Notes: generated by a model from the letters alone, not told the origin. A stretch of 64,000 bases of DNA from Octopus vulgaris (GCA_951406725.2 OX597814.1:147622001-147686000); one strand, 5' to 3'. Positions 13,458 to 26,659 are shown, counted from the first letter of the stretch. Numbers and translations are program-made.

Positions 13458-14736
13458 GGGGAAGAGAACATCGCAAACAGTGAATGAAATAAACATGAAA
13501 TGAAAAAATTGTATAAATAAAAGAACATTTCTACAGATGTATACGCCTCAGAATTTTTCGCCTCATGACATCCAGAAAAATTGATACTTTTTATCAAAAT
13601 TTTCTACAGATACTGCTTTGATGTTGAGGCTTCAGAGTATCTAGGGATTTATGAGAAATAATTTTTCGGAAGTGGTGAAGAGAGGAGTTTGGAAAATTCA
13701 CAGGATCTGACTTTTTTCCCTCATAACATTCAGGAAGACGGGTTTCTTCTAATGAAAATTTATACAAATCCCTTTCAAATGACATTACGACTATAAAGAA
13801 ATTTGTGGGGAAAATGTTTTCAGGGATTTTCCTCATTTTTTTTTTTTAACCACAGTCTCCGAAATGATTTGGTGAGGTGGGGGGCATCTTTGTATGAAAA
13901 CATTTTGTAAACTCTTTTTTGATACCCCCTCCCTTATCATCTCAATCCGGGCCTATTTTGGCCAATATCTTCAAAACCTTGGGGAGAACATTTTCGGTAA
14001 AAAATTTTAAAAACTTGTTAATATTTTCAGAGGGAAAAGTGTGTGATTTAAGGGCGATTTGGATGTTGCTTTTAGCATATCCAAAGATAATCCACTTTTC
14101 TTTATCGCTCTCGCATGTACTGAGGTTTTCAAATATTTTTTCCCCATAAATACATTTATATGCTATAAAAAAGAAAATTTGTGAAAAAATATGAATTTTT
14201 TGCAACCCCACTCCCTGCCCTTGATTGTTTCTGTTTAAAAATTAAAATATTGGAGATACTGAGAATGCCATTGCTGGCATTTATCCACAGTGATCTTAAA
14301 AAGTTTACGGAGATGTACTTTCATAGAAAGTAACTTGATCTGAATATCGAATGAAAACTTAAAAGAGAAAGTGAGAGATTTTGCAAATGAGAATGGAATA
14401 CTCCCCAGTGTATGCAATAAATATTTGAATTTGTGAATTGGACGTAGTGAATGCAATGGATAAAATTTGCTAAAAACCGGAGTTAAAAAATTCAAGAATC
14501 TTGAGAAATCGAAATTATAGGAAATTTCTTCGAACATGAATTTATAAAAACACTTCCAGAGGGTCAACCCTTTAATAATTGCTTTCTTTTAGTACTTTTA
14601 ATAATTGTTATATACCAAATTAATAAGCAGCTTTCCCCCATTATAGTATAGGTATATGTATGTATATATGCATTTTATATACACATACATACATGCATAT
14701 ATATACATTTGATAGGTATGTGTGTGAGCGTGTCTG

Positions 14737-14775
<39 letters not shown>

Positions 14776-15367
14776 AATGCAATATATATGTATATTGCAT
14801 TTGATATATAGATATATAGATATATACATTCATACATGCTCACACACATACCTATCAAATACACTGTAATATGGAACATATATCCCTCAGTTTTTAAATA
14901 AACATTACGTGATATGAGGTGGATATGGTTTCTATTTGACGCGTTATGACCAAGGCTTCGTAGTTACCTGAAACTGTTGTTTTATCTTGCTTTTTCTTGG
15001 TCTAAACTAACTCATATCTAACTGCATTTTTTTCTACTTCACATTACATATTTGCACCTTCGTTTTTAAGTCCAGTTCGATTTTGGACAGAAAATCAACA
15101 CTGCTTATGGTTTCTGAAAGGAATTCCTGGAAATTTTGAAATTTTGGGGCGAATACTACACTCATGATAACAAAATACATCGATCGTACGATATCTTCCT
15201 CCATTTTACTCTCTCTCTCTCTCTCTCTCTTTCTCCTTCGATTCCTATCTATCTCTGTCTGTCTCTCCCCTCTCTCTCCCTCTCTCTTTCTCACTTTTAT
15301 GCTGTTTTCTGTAACGTTCTTTTGCCTCTCTGCTCTCTCTGTTTCTCTCTGCTCTCAACCACTTGCC

Positions 15368-15433
<66 letters not shown>

Positions 15434-15482
15434 GTAATTGGAAATGGATGCATCGCCTTCAGTTAAATAATAAATAATAATA

Positions 15483-15528
<46 letters not shown>

Positions 15529-15707
15529 GTAAAAACAATTAAGATTCAAGTGAGTTCCAATGAATTCACATGAATACGGTACTTAACTTAGATGCACCAG
15601 AAATCTATATGGTATTAACCATAAAATAATGTGGGGTGATTATAAACATTATATATGATTATAAACATTATATATGAATATGTATATCTATCTATCTATC
15701 TATCTTT

Positions 15708-15750
<43 letters not shown>

Positions 15751-15881
15751 GAATAATATATAATATGTACATGCATCTATGGGTACACGACATCACCAAC
15801 AATGCAAATAACATGAAATACGTAAACAAACGAGGGGAAAACGAGTGAAATACGTAAACGACCACGAAACCAACCGTTAAA

Positions 15882-16271
15882 AAATGTGGACGCGCAAAAT
15901 GTGGAACATGCCCCAACCTACTAGAAGACACGGATTTCCTTTACAAAAAAGAAGAGAGGTTTACAATTAAATCCAACTTCATTTGTGCTTCCGAGAATCG
16001 AATTTTTGTTATAACTTACTCGAGTTGTGGACATAACTACATAGGACAGAGAATTATGACACTGAGACAGAGAATCACACTACATAAGAAACAGATCCGG
16101 TTCCCGCAATACAGACAGATTCCGTTGAGTGAACACATACAGAGACGTGCAGGTAATGTCCAGCCAAACTTCATAGTTTTCCCCATCTAGCAGTACAAAG
16201 AAACAATGTATATACAAGAACGTTTAAATAAAGAAAATTAGTACATCGTAAAATGTAGAACACGTCTAAAT
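15882..16271 (+). pseudogene. Penelope-like element GIY-YIG endonuclease remnant (Neptune-type Cys-rich linker), not in the ORF track
   Basis: Manual translation from 15882: KCGRAKCGTCPNLLE...FTIKSNFICASENRIFVITYSSCGHNYIGQRIMTLRQRITLHKKQIR...LSEHIQ...FIVFPI*...ERLNKEN*YI...RLN. Two in-frame stops. Confidence 0.88.
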
Positions 16272-16529
16272 ATGAACGCCTTACCAAGTTTTAACTCAGT
16301 ATATATTTTCATTCATGATTTCATACCCATCTCACTACATTAACTTTTGAGTTTTTGTGTATATTCACCCTCTCCTCGAAAGATGAACAATTACCTCTCC
16401 TGTCCCCAATAATAACGATTACCAATTACCTCCCCTTCGATTTTTCTACTTGTTGAATCATTCATAAACTTGTCCACACACAACGGACTAAAATCTTCTT
16501 AAGAAGATACGAAATTTCAATAATTTCAA

Positions 16530-16562
16530 TGTTATGATTAGCGAAAGCGAAACCGGTCGACA
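16530..16562 (+). ncRNA. Degenerate minimal type I hammerhead ribozyme
   Basis: TGTT-ATGATTA-GC-GAAA-GC-GAAA-CCG-GTC-GACA. Stem I TGTT/GACA, core two mismatches from CTGATGA, GNRA-capped stem II, palindromic stem III, GUC site. Confidence 0.7.
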
Positions 16563-16611
16563 AGCACAATATATATTGAAACTAGGTAAAGTGTGTGCAT
16601 TTTCCTTCTGT

Positions 16612-16692
<81 letters not shown>

Positions 16693-16697
<5 letters not shown>

Positions 16698-17240
16698 GGA
16701 GCCCTTAATTATATTTCTATATGAATAATATTTTGTCTAATGATTAATTCGTCTTTTGTGCTAGGTAACAACAATCTATGTTATTACTCTTTTTAATTAT
16801 ATTCACATATTACTTGATAGATTTGTTCGTAAAATTTTTTACCGGCATGCCCTATATCGCCGAGTATATTTTGCGTCTGCGCAGAGGTTTGAAAAGTTAA
16901 GATTTACAAAATGTTTAGATCGACGCATGGTCTAACGCTCTGTGCATCTAGAATTAACAAAGGCGTCCCGCTGATGAATCCGGCGTTAGCAAACATATTC
17001 TGTCTGTTTTGCTAGAAAGAGGTAGAAACTGATCAGTCCGGGATATATCGTTAATGGTAATTGTTTTTGATTTTCACTCTCGATGAATTTATCCCTTTTT
17101 GTGTCCCCAGCACTAGGCTACCTTATTTGCGAGCCCTTAATTATATTTCTATATGAATAATATTTTGTCTAATGACTAATTCGTCTTTTGTGCTAGGCCA
17201 CTGGTAACAACAATCTATGTTATTACCCTTTTTGATTATA
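16693..17240 (+). mobile_element. Terminally redundant 432-nt-period noncoding element with one hammerhead (retrozyme-like or Penelope pLTR partial tandem)
   Basis: ~110-bp direct repeat (GAGCCCTTAATTATATTTC... at 16699 and 17131). Hammerhead at 16965-17044. (TA)n on both sides. Confidence 0.75.
16965..17044 (+). ncRNA. Type I hammerhead ribozyme motif
   Basis: GTCCCG-CTGATGA-[stem II incl. TAGCAAA/TTTGCTA]-GAAA-CTGATCAG-TC-CGGGAT. Exact core boxes, stem I TCCCG/CGGGA, palindromic stem III, GUC cleavage triplet. The base of stem II is imperfect. Confidence 0.8.
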
Positions 17241-17261
17241 TATATATATATATATATATAC

Positions 17262-17390
17262 CAATTAAGGACGGAACACGAAAAAGTGGACAGTCAACAT
17301 GCTAGATATAGACGTCAAATCGCCATTCTCCACAAAGATTTTGTTCTCAAATAAAATAAAATTCAGCACGAATTATATAAATATATAAAA

Positions 17391-17422
<32 letters not shown>

Positions 17423-17840
17423 AAATATATACATACAAAATTTATAGGACTGACCACTAAAAAAGTGGACAGCCTCTATGCTGTCAAAATCGTCATTTTT
17501 CACGAAGAATGTGTTCTCAAGAAAAAAATTCAGCAAAAATTCTAAGAGTAAAAATAAGCAAGACAAATGAAAATATACGAAAAAAAAAACCATTTCGTAT
17601 ATTTTCATTTGTCTTCCTTATTTTTACACTTTGGTTTTTTGCTGAATTTTTTTTTTTACGAACACATTCTTCGTGGAAAATGGCGATTTTGACGTCTATA
17701 TCTATCATACAGGCTGTCCATTTTTTAGTGTTCAGTCCTCTAAATTTTGTATGTAAAAAAATTTTAATCTTGTTTTTTTAAAAAATAAGCTAGGCCACTG
17801 GTTTTAATTGATGAATATCAATTTCTACCCTTATTTAAAT
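17262..17840. repeat. Three copies of a repeat segment, two forming a ~325-bp palindrome (putative Penelope inverted pLTR)
   Basis: Arms 17430-17582 and 17593-17755 are reverse complements. 17262-17375 is a further direct copy of the left arm. Confidence 0.8.
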
Positions 17841-17849
17841 TTATATATA

Positions 17850-17899
<50 letters not shown>

Positions 17900-19397
17900 C
17901 GTGCGTGTGTGTGTATGTGTGTGTGTTTGGAGAGAGAGGGAGACAGACAGATACATACAGATATACGTTAATACATACATACATACATACATACATACAT
18001 ACATACATGCATACATACATACATACATACATACATACATACATACATACGTACATACGTACATACATACGTACATAGTTCAGCAACAACATCGGTAAAA
18101 ACTAGAGTATTTAGCCTTATCAAATTTATTTTGCATGAAGTTTAGATCAAGCTGTGGTATTTTTCAAGTCTTGGACTGTAAAACGGTAGACACATATTTA
18201 CTATTTGGAAGTCTACTGATATTTGGCCGTGTATTTCGAAGTATTTTAGCAACCAGCATTGCGCTATATTTGTTTATCTAACGGAACGTATTACATTTTT
18301 GTATTTATTCATTATATTTATATATTGTATTTTTTATGTATTTATTTGTTTTTGCACTTCCTGCTTCTCGGCACCTCTTGTTGTTTATTACTGGCTTCTT
18401 TCGCCAGAGCGGACATTTTGAAGGGCATGCATGTAGATGTATAATGAATGGTATATTTTTCAGTAATATTCATAGTTTTAAGTAGGTTGTGTTTGAAATA
18501 TGCGATTTGGTAGGTTTCAGAATGTTCAGAGAATGTAAGCTAACGCAACAGCTGCTCTGTCAATAGCGATAAGATAAACAAGATAGACTTTTCCGGTGAA
18601 GAGTTAAATATTTTAATTTATCTGTAAGAATACGTGCTTGCAGAAGACGTTTGCTATATTTCCAAACAAGTGGTAAAGAATTTTCTATCAGACATTTGCG
18701 CGGTTGAAAAATGGGAATGAATTTGTAAAAGATATTGAAACTCAAGAGTCAGAAAAAATTGGATGTGGAATCATTTGCGAAACGGAATCTTCAGAAACTG
18801 TTTCGAAGAATCTTTCAAGGGTTAAAGAAATGAATTTTTTGATTAAAACAACGTACACTGTTTATATTAGTGGTACTAGTGTCATCATCTTGACTCTTGC
18901 TTTCACAAAGTTTCGGCTTCATTATGGATATCACATCTTAATTGTTGCTTTCATTACGTTTTTAACCTTCTTCAGGTGACTCGTGATTCCCTACAGTGCC
19001 TTGCACAGAGATTGAACTCAATATGCACTACATTCACCAATGTCTTTATCCACTCTGCTATGGCCATAGACAGTGACAACCCTTGATATCTTATGTCGAC
19101 TCTGGACTGATTAGATAATACAATTCTCTTCTCAGATTAGGCACTAAAGGGAACCACAAGATATCTGAAGGAAACTGGAGCGTACAACAGCCGAAATGTA
19201 GTGAAAGCAACAAGATGAAGAAACCACTTTGAATAATGTGTACATAATAAAAATTCCTCATCTGAGAAATAAAGAACTGTAAAGCAAAGAATATCTGAAG
19301 AGTAATTTGTAAAATGGAAAGCTTATAAACATTACTAACAGAAATAAAGGAAGTGAAATATGGAACATTCAGAGATTTGAAAGGAACTTCCAGTAGC

Positions 19398-19439
<42 letters not shown>

Positions 19440-19681
19440 TTTTGTTTCTGATTATGTAGCTTTTAAGTAGTCCCGAATGCAATTAATCAAAGTGATCTGG
19501 ACACACCGGCTTTTTTTTTTGGGGGGGGGGGGGGGGGGGAAGGTCACAGTCCATCAAGAACAAAAGGACATAATGTATCATTTTCTAAGCTGTTAGATTG
19601 TGATTTGAATGAGATTGCTCTCTATTTCTTCCTAGTTTTCTCTCATATGCTGAAACACTTTCTAATAATATTAACATTAAA

Positions 19682-19996
19682 CAATAGAACCTCAGTTAAC
19701 GAACGCCTCTCCTCACTGGCAAATCAGTTTACAAAATACTTTTCGAACGTAACACGTCTCGGATGACGAACAGTCTCGAGTGACGAACGTGCAAACCGGC
19801 ATCATCGGCGACAAGCTAGGAATATCATCGGGAGAGCGTGAGTTGCTGTCTAGCTTTCGCTCAGTGTATATCCCACCTCGAATTCGCTATGCCTTCTCAT
19901 GAATTTCCCATGGAAAAAATAGACTTATTTTACGGACATTTTGGTTTCCGAAAGGCCTTCAGGAATCAAGTAAGCTTGTAAAACGTGGTTCCATTG
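19682..19996. mobile_element. Tigger/pogo-like MITE, degenerate
   Basis: Left end CAATAGAACCTCAGTTAACGAAC and right end GCTTGTAAAACGTGGTTCCATTG are imperfect inverted repeats of the CAGTGGAACCTCGGTTTACGAAC type. Confidence 0.6.
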
Positions 19997-20274
19997 CATA
20001 TTGCGAATTAAAATTCTTCTTTTCATTAACACGCATACGTATCAGCGGTATTGTGGATAACAGTGTTAATAACTCAAGGATAAATATACATGTTTCCATT
20101 ATTTCAACCCAGCTACGATAAATATCCTGGAACAAGTTCCGTATTGACGAGTTCAAACTAATCGAAAGAGAAAGATAAAATCAAAATGTACTGTGGATAA
20201 AAATGATTTCATCACTAAAGATGAGATTAGTAATGAGAAAAAACAAAACAAGTCTCATTGACAAACGCTCATCC

Positions 20275-20342
<68 letters not shown>

Positions 20343-20623
20343 TATATATATATATATATATGCATATGCATCCTCGTTACACGAGAAAAGCCATTGCCAA
20401 GAAGACTTATTGAAATGATTCATGATTGTTGCCATTTGATGCTCTTATATGACTTTTACGCCCAGCCAAGCTTTTACACATTTTATTACATACTAAACAA
20501 CCGTGCTATCTGGGAGGAGAAACAAGTGCCACCATATGCACTCTCTTAACATGTATATTTAGACCTCGAACTGAGAGGCACACCCTTCCACATTTTACAC
20601 ATGTTCTGTTGTGAAGTTTAATA

Positions 20624-20695
<72 letters not shown>

Positions 20696-21589
20696 TCCTA
20701 TGTCAAATTAAGCATAAATGAATTTCACATTAAACTGAAGGATTACTCAATACAATTTATAGAGTATATTTGTATTTATCAAACTTTTACAAGGAAAAGA
20801 TTAGCAGTGACTTGAATATTCTGATGTGCGGTCACTTTGCTCCCTCGCTTTGCTGCCGTTGTTATTTATGTCGATTTTGTAAGTTTTGTTACTGGAGGAG
20901 CAACAACAACAGCAACAACATGCTCGATATAAAAAAAAAATTACACGCATAACAAATACCTCTATATGAAACTTCAACTTTGCAATACTGCATTTATATC
21001 TCAACTTCGAAATCGTAGCAGATAAAATAAATATAGATTTCATAATCTTACATGATAAACAAAGACACCACCGATACCAACACCACTACTAACAACAACA
21101 ATTACTACAATAGCAACATCAACTTTCACATTCACATTCGAAAGATAAAACTTAGGAATATTGCTTGATTTATTAGACAGAAAGCCAAAAGAATGTTTGT
21201 TGACATCACTGTGTCTTTTACTGTTGATGTACTTCAGTTTTCTTGCTTAATTGTTTTGTTCGGTTTTATGATTTGTTGTTACAGTTGCAGTTATTGATGC
21301 TGTTGCTGTTGTTGATTTGCTATTCTTATAGAAATGGTAGGATTGGGGGAAGCGATGAGGTGGTGCTGTTTATTTCATTTAATTATAATCTCTTATTTCT
21401 TTACTTTTCTGTTTTTGCTGAATAACCAAAGCAAATCTGGAAATTCTTAAGCTTTTGTGTCATATTGTGAAATTTGAAGGAAGAAAAGTAAAATATAAAA
21501 CTAAAACTACTTACAAAAACAAAAAAAACCCGAAAAACAGACAAAAGTAACATCGAAAATAAGAAAACAAAAATGGCACAAACGATATA

Positions 21590-21772
21590 TATGATAATGA
21601 TGATGACGACGACGACGACGATGATGATGATCATGATGATGATGATAACAATAACAATAATAATGATAATGATAATGATGATGATAATGATAATAATAAT
21701 AATAATAAATAATGTTAACGATGATGGTGATGACAATAATGATAAAATCACTGATGTTGATGATGAAGATAC

Positions 21773-21823
<51 letters not shown>

Positions 21824-21842
21824 CAACAACAACAACAACAAC

Positions 21843-21925
<83 letters not shown>

Positions 21926-22005
21926 TAATAATAATAACAATAATAATAATAACAATAATAATAAGAATGATGATGACGATGATGATGATGATGATGATGA
22001 TAATA
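21590..22005. repeat. Compound trinucleotide microsatellite (ATG/GAC/AAT/AAC)
   Basis: Directly visible. Gives spurious poly-N/I/L ORFs. Confidence 0.95.
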
Positions 22006-22314
22006 TTAATGATGGATTATATTTTAAAAAAAGCAAGAACAGAAATATTTGCAGACCTGTGTGGAATGGACATTTCAGTAAAACGAGAAGTGACAAGTTC
22101 TAGCCATTTCATATATTAGTGACTGAAATAAAACCAATATATAAGAACTTTGACAGAATACAAGATTAGGAGGAAGATAGAAAGATGATATTAAGTAGAT
22201 TTTGTCACGAACAAAATTTGCTTTGTATTTATCTTCGTTTTATTTATTTCTTTCCTTATTGTTTTATATTTTCTACTGTATTTTCAGTTTTGAAATGAAT
22301 AGATGACACTTTGC

Positions 22315-22334
22315 TACACACACACACGTGTGTG

Positions 22335-22368
<34 letters not shown>

Positions 22369-22480
22369 AGTGTGTGTATACCTACATACACACATATAGT
22401 CACATATATTTATATGTATATATGTATGTATATATATGTATATGCATATATATATATGTATGGATATGTATACATGTATG

Positions 22481-22511
<31 letters not shown>

Positions 22512-22556
22512 TTGTAGGTGTATGTATATACATATGTATATATATACGTATATTTA

Positions 22557-22602
<46 letters not shown>

Positions 22603-22625
22603 GGTCATCATCATCATCATCATTG
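22315..22625. repeat. Compound (TG)n/(TA)n/(ATC)n microsatellite
   Basis: Directly visible. Confidence 0.95.
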
Positions 22626-25600
22626 TCATAGATTTGATTTACAAAACAGAATATGATGGAGAGAAAAATCAACATTTTTATTTTTATTTTATTTTATTTT
22701 CATCTGAGAACCAGAGCCAGAGCGAACAGAGCATCACCACTAAGAACACAAAATTATTATATCTGATTTTCCTGATCGGATTTTGTCTAGATTAAGTTAG
22801 AGAATAAATACACAACTAAAATTTCAGTCTTCATATGAAACGCAGAAAATGAATTTAATGACAGTTCTTGGTCAACAATGAGAAGATCAACGGGAAAAAT
22901 GCTTAGACAACAGAGTACGGGACGATAGGCCTCCCAATATTTATTTTCATCCCTGATTCATCTCCGATTCAAATCAAATCTTCTTTTATCGGCTTAACTC
23001 ATCATCCTACGAGGATCGGTTGAATATGTACGAGATTGTTGTTTTTATACTGTTTCTTCAGTTTAGCTCAAATACTAAACGAGATCTCTGATGAGAGACA
23101 TTCAAGCAATGTTTATTCCATTTTTAAGGTGTTATATAGTTGTTAGTACATTCATGAATGTGTCCTTAATGGGTCATTGTTTTCAAGAGAGAAGAAAAAA
23201 AAATGGTATTTGTTTTAAAAGAGAGATTTAGCGCTATATCTAATAGATGACACCAAGACGGTCATTTGCTGGCTAATGACCAGTAGATAATAGAGGAGAT
23301 TGATTAAAAATAATTACCAGTCTATAGTAAATTATTGTGAACACGTGAAACAGCGAGAATCAAAACAATGATACATTTATTCATCCTTAACATGTGCTGC
23401 TAGTTTTGCAGGGGAATATGCCAATCACTGCTGTACTTCACTTTCTTCTTCAGACTTCTTCAGACGTTATGTGTTGACAATACAGCCGACGTTTCAATGG
23501 AGAAGTCTTTCTCCGAAGGCGAAATACGAAGGTTATTAGCATATTTCCATTCAAATCTACTGGTACATGACAACGTTGTGTATATAAGCCATTGTTGTAA
23601 TTACCAGTCTATAGTTATCAGAACAATATTTCTGCTAAATGCCTAACATATATTGAGGAAAGGAACACAAAAATTTATCCAGTAAACTTAATTACTTTTC
23701 TCTATGATATTACACATCATTACTAACATTACAAGGAAGTTAATACATAGAAAAAGAGAAGGCGAGTCTTTGGGGTTTGTGATATTGCTGATCTGCAATT
23801 TTTACGCCAGCAGGAAAGAACAAGGGAGTAGTAGGGAGCTGCTGCCGTCTACTACGATTATTTGCAAAATATAAATTAATAAAATAATGGTTCGAAAGCA
23901 TAATATTGAATGACCATGGGTTGTTATGTCCTGTTGAAAAATGTTCTCATTGCGAGGTTATAAAATTATTGAATGCTCAATGTCGGGTAATTTATTTCTG
24001 TATGTACAGAAGTTTATGGATGAATGGAGAGCTCTCTCATTTCTGTAGAAAAGTGTATTGAAAGTGACGGTAATTAATCTCCAAGATACCACGCGAAGAG
24101 TTAAAAAAAAAAAACTTCACGGAAAGAATGTGAATCGTGAAGTTACCTGTCACTACCCTTATAGTGGTGTACCAGCGACATGGAATTTCTTATTCAAGAA
24201 AATTTTGTTTTCATAGAGGATCTCGTGAAGAAATGGGGGATAGCCGAATTCAGTAAGAGCTGACGGAATGTCTATCAAGAATCAGTACATGCTACAATGG
24301 TTTGGCCTGAAAGGAATTTTATGATTCAAGAAATGAGTGATAAATAGTAGATAGGTGGTCAATTTAGTAAGATTATTCAATTACCAGGCAATGTCGAAGC
24401 CTATTCTTAAAATAAAGGGTGTACATATTACTTTTAGCAAACGTTTTAACGAGGCAAGTTCGCGGGTTACTCAAAACGAATTTTACCAGTATAACTGCCG
24501 CTACGAATAAGAATATTGTTCATTAAAAAAAAAGAATATTAATAACTATTTCTTCGGTAGCATTTAATAACAATTTCATTAGATTCTAGAGTGTTCGTTT
24601 GTGCTATAAGGTTGTTTCCAAGAACATAAACAAATCTGTTCATCCTCGAGTATTATTACCTTAAGACATTCAGGGATAATTATTCTGCACAGTCATCTAA
24701 ATTTCAGCTGACGTCGTAAGACGTAAGTATATATGCGTAGACGGTTCTGTTCAGTCGCAAAATTTGCAACTGCCCTTAACCTTGGTTCATCCATTGATGT
24801 TTTTTGATGTTGTTCTTGTTGGGAATACTGTTTTTCTTGTTCATTCCAGCTTAGACATGTTTGAACAAACATACGATCGAATGTATTCCAATCATAAACA
24901 TACCGTCATATTATTTTCCGAAATACTGTATCTAGGAGTATCTAGGACCACAGTAGCTAATATGCTATTCATGTTTGCTTTTGTAAATGGATTTATGAGT
25001 TACGAGACATTTCAATACTATTTCTAGCAGATTAACTTTAATAAGAGTAACCACGTGCGTGTTTCCTCATTCACCTGTCTGTTGTAGCTTCTCCTGTTGC
25101 TTTTGCTTCAAAATCTACTTTTACTGCTATCTCTACCTCTGTGCTGCTTCTATCTCTATATATGATGTCGTTCACACAATTGTTGTTGTTGCTTACTACA
25201 CCTGAATGCAACTTACTGACCATTTTACTGTTCGTAAACTTCTTATCAAATATGGAAATACAGTCGCCATTGGTTATATTATTTTTATTGCTGTTCTTAC
25301 TATTTAAGTCATTGTTGATATTCTTTGTACCACTGCGTTTAAAATCACAGGAACAGTTATTATGCCTTTGCATTCGATGCCTTTACGTTCGATATCGACA
25401 TATTCCTTTATACCAGCAGCGACGATAAAATATTTTTTTCTCTCACCAATCAGGCAGTCCAATATAACGTAAATTCTTATTAAAGAGCTTTTCATCTCTT
25501 TTCGCTGACAAATCTTCCCTGTAAGAGTTGACACAATACAGAGCAAACATTCACAATAAAAGAAAACCCTCCTATACTTGGATTTTGCTCTCTACAAAAT

Positions 25601-26081
25601 CAAATTAGACTTGAACTTGGAGTATACATTTTAATTTATAAATAATGATTTTACTGCGTCTGTGATAATTGCAATTCCCAAGTTCTCGTAAATATTACGT
25701 CTTCCTTGAAATAGAATCATAATAATTGTCTCTCGTAGAGGCACATTGACAGAAATTTGGTGAGAAGATTGCAACTTCCATCGACTATAGTGCTTTCTCT
25801 ATCCAAGAAAGATCGGAGGGAAATTTAACTTCGACGAGATTTGGACACAAAATATAAATGAATCGAACCGAATACCACAATGTTTATTTTTTTCTTTTTT
25901 GGTTGAGCCTCTATTTTTACGTTAAGTATGATAAAATAAACTGCATCTATATTTATATCATGAAATTTAGGAGTACCACTATTACAAACGATACAATGAG
26001 TACCAAAACATGAAATACACTTCAGTAGTACTGCCAACATCCAGTCAATAAAATAGTTAACAGAACAATGGAGTTTATTTT

Positions 26082-26300
26082 TGTGTGTGTTTTTGTGCCA
26101 GTGTTTGTCCTCCCCATCACGACTTGACAACCAGCGTTGGTGTATTTACATCTCGTAATCTTAGAGGTTCGGCAAAAGAGAGCAATATATTAAGTACCAG
26201 ACTTTAAAATGATAAGTAGTGGGGTCAAGCCATTCAATTAAAATCCTTCAAGGCGGTGCTCCAGCATGGTCACAGTCAAGTGGCCAAAACAAATAAAAAT
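26082..26300 (+). mobile_element. CORE-like SINE, 3' half
   Basis: CTTGACAACCAGCGTTGGTGT...GGTTCGGCAAAAGAG...AAGGCGGTGCTCCAGCATGGTCACAGTC. Confidence 0.8.
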
Positions 26301-26316
26301 GACATACATATAATAG

Positions 26317-26635
26317 CCGTAGGCGTGGCTGTGTCGTAAGAAGCTTCCTTCCCAACCATATGATTCTGAGTTCAGTCCTAAGGCGTAACAACTTGGGCAA
26401 GTGTCTTCCACTATAGCCTCCAGCCGACCAAAGCTCCCCCAACATTGCTTGACAGCCGATGTTGATGTGTTTGCGTCCCTGTAATGTAGCGGTTCGGCAA
26501 AAGACACCGAGAAAATATGTACTAGGCTTACAAAGAATAGGTCATGGGGACAATTTGTTCCATTACAGGCGGTGCTACAGCGTTGCTTCAGTTAGATGAC
26601 TGAAACAAGAAAAAAAAATAAAAGAATAAAAGAAT
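26317..26635 (+). mobile_element. CORE-like SINE with the internal microsatellite region deleted
   Basis: Head plus CTTGGGCAAGTGTCTTCC. Jumps from GACCAAAGC to CCCCCAACATTGCTTGAC. Tail GACTGAAACAAG...AAAAGAATAAAAGAAT. Confidence 0.85.
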
Positions 26636-26659
26636 ATATATGTATGTATATATATATAT

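Larger units (their letters stand above)
15770..16615 (+). mobile_element. 5'-truncated Penelope-like retroelement (inverted terminal piece, endonuclease, 3' pLTR with hammerhead) between (TA)n tracts
   Basis: GIY-YIG remnant followed by a noncoding 3' region with a hammerhead motif. 15770-15860 resembles the repeat end at 27195-27270. Confidence 0.75.

Noticed and set aside
18704-18979. 91-aa ORF as a host exon
   Set aside because: Non-ATG start, no recognisable motif and no convincing splice context.
19165-19205. CTGAAGG...GAAATGT hammerhead-like motif
   Set aside because: Stems are poorly paired. Mentioned only as a possible relic, not listed as a feature.
21401-22119. Poly-N, poly-L and poly-I ORFs of 135-231 aa
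   Set aside because: Trinucleotide microsatellite read in different frames, with no domain content.
23484-23520. Minus-strand GGAGA/TCTCC hairpin plus GAAACGTC, hammerhead-like
   Set aside because: Core box and stem I are not recoverable, so it is too weak to call.
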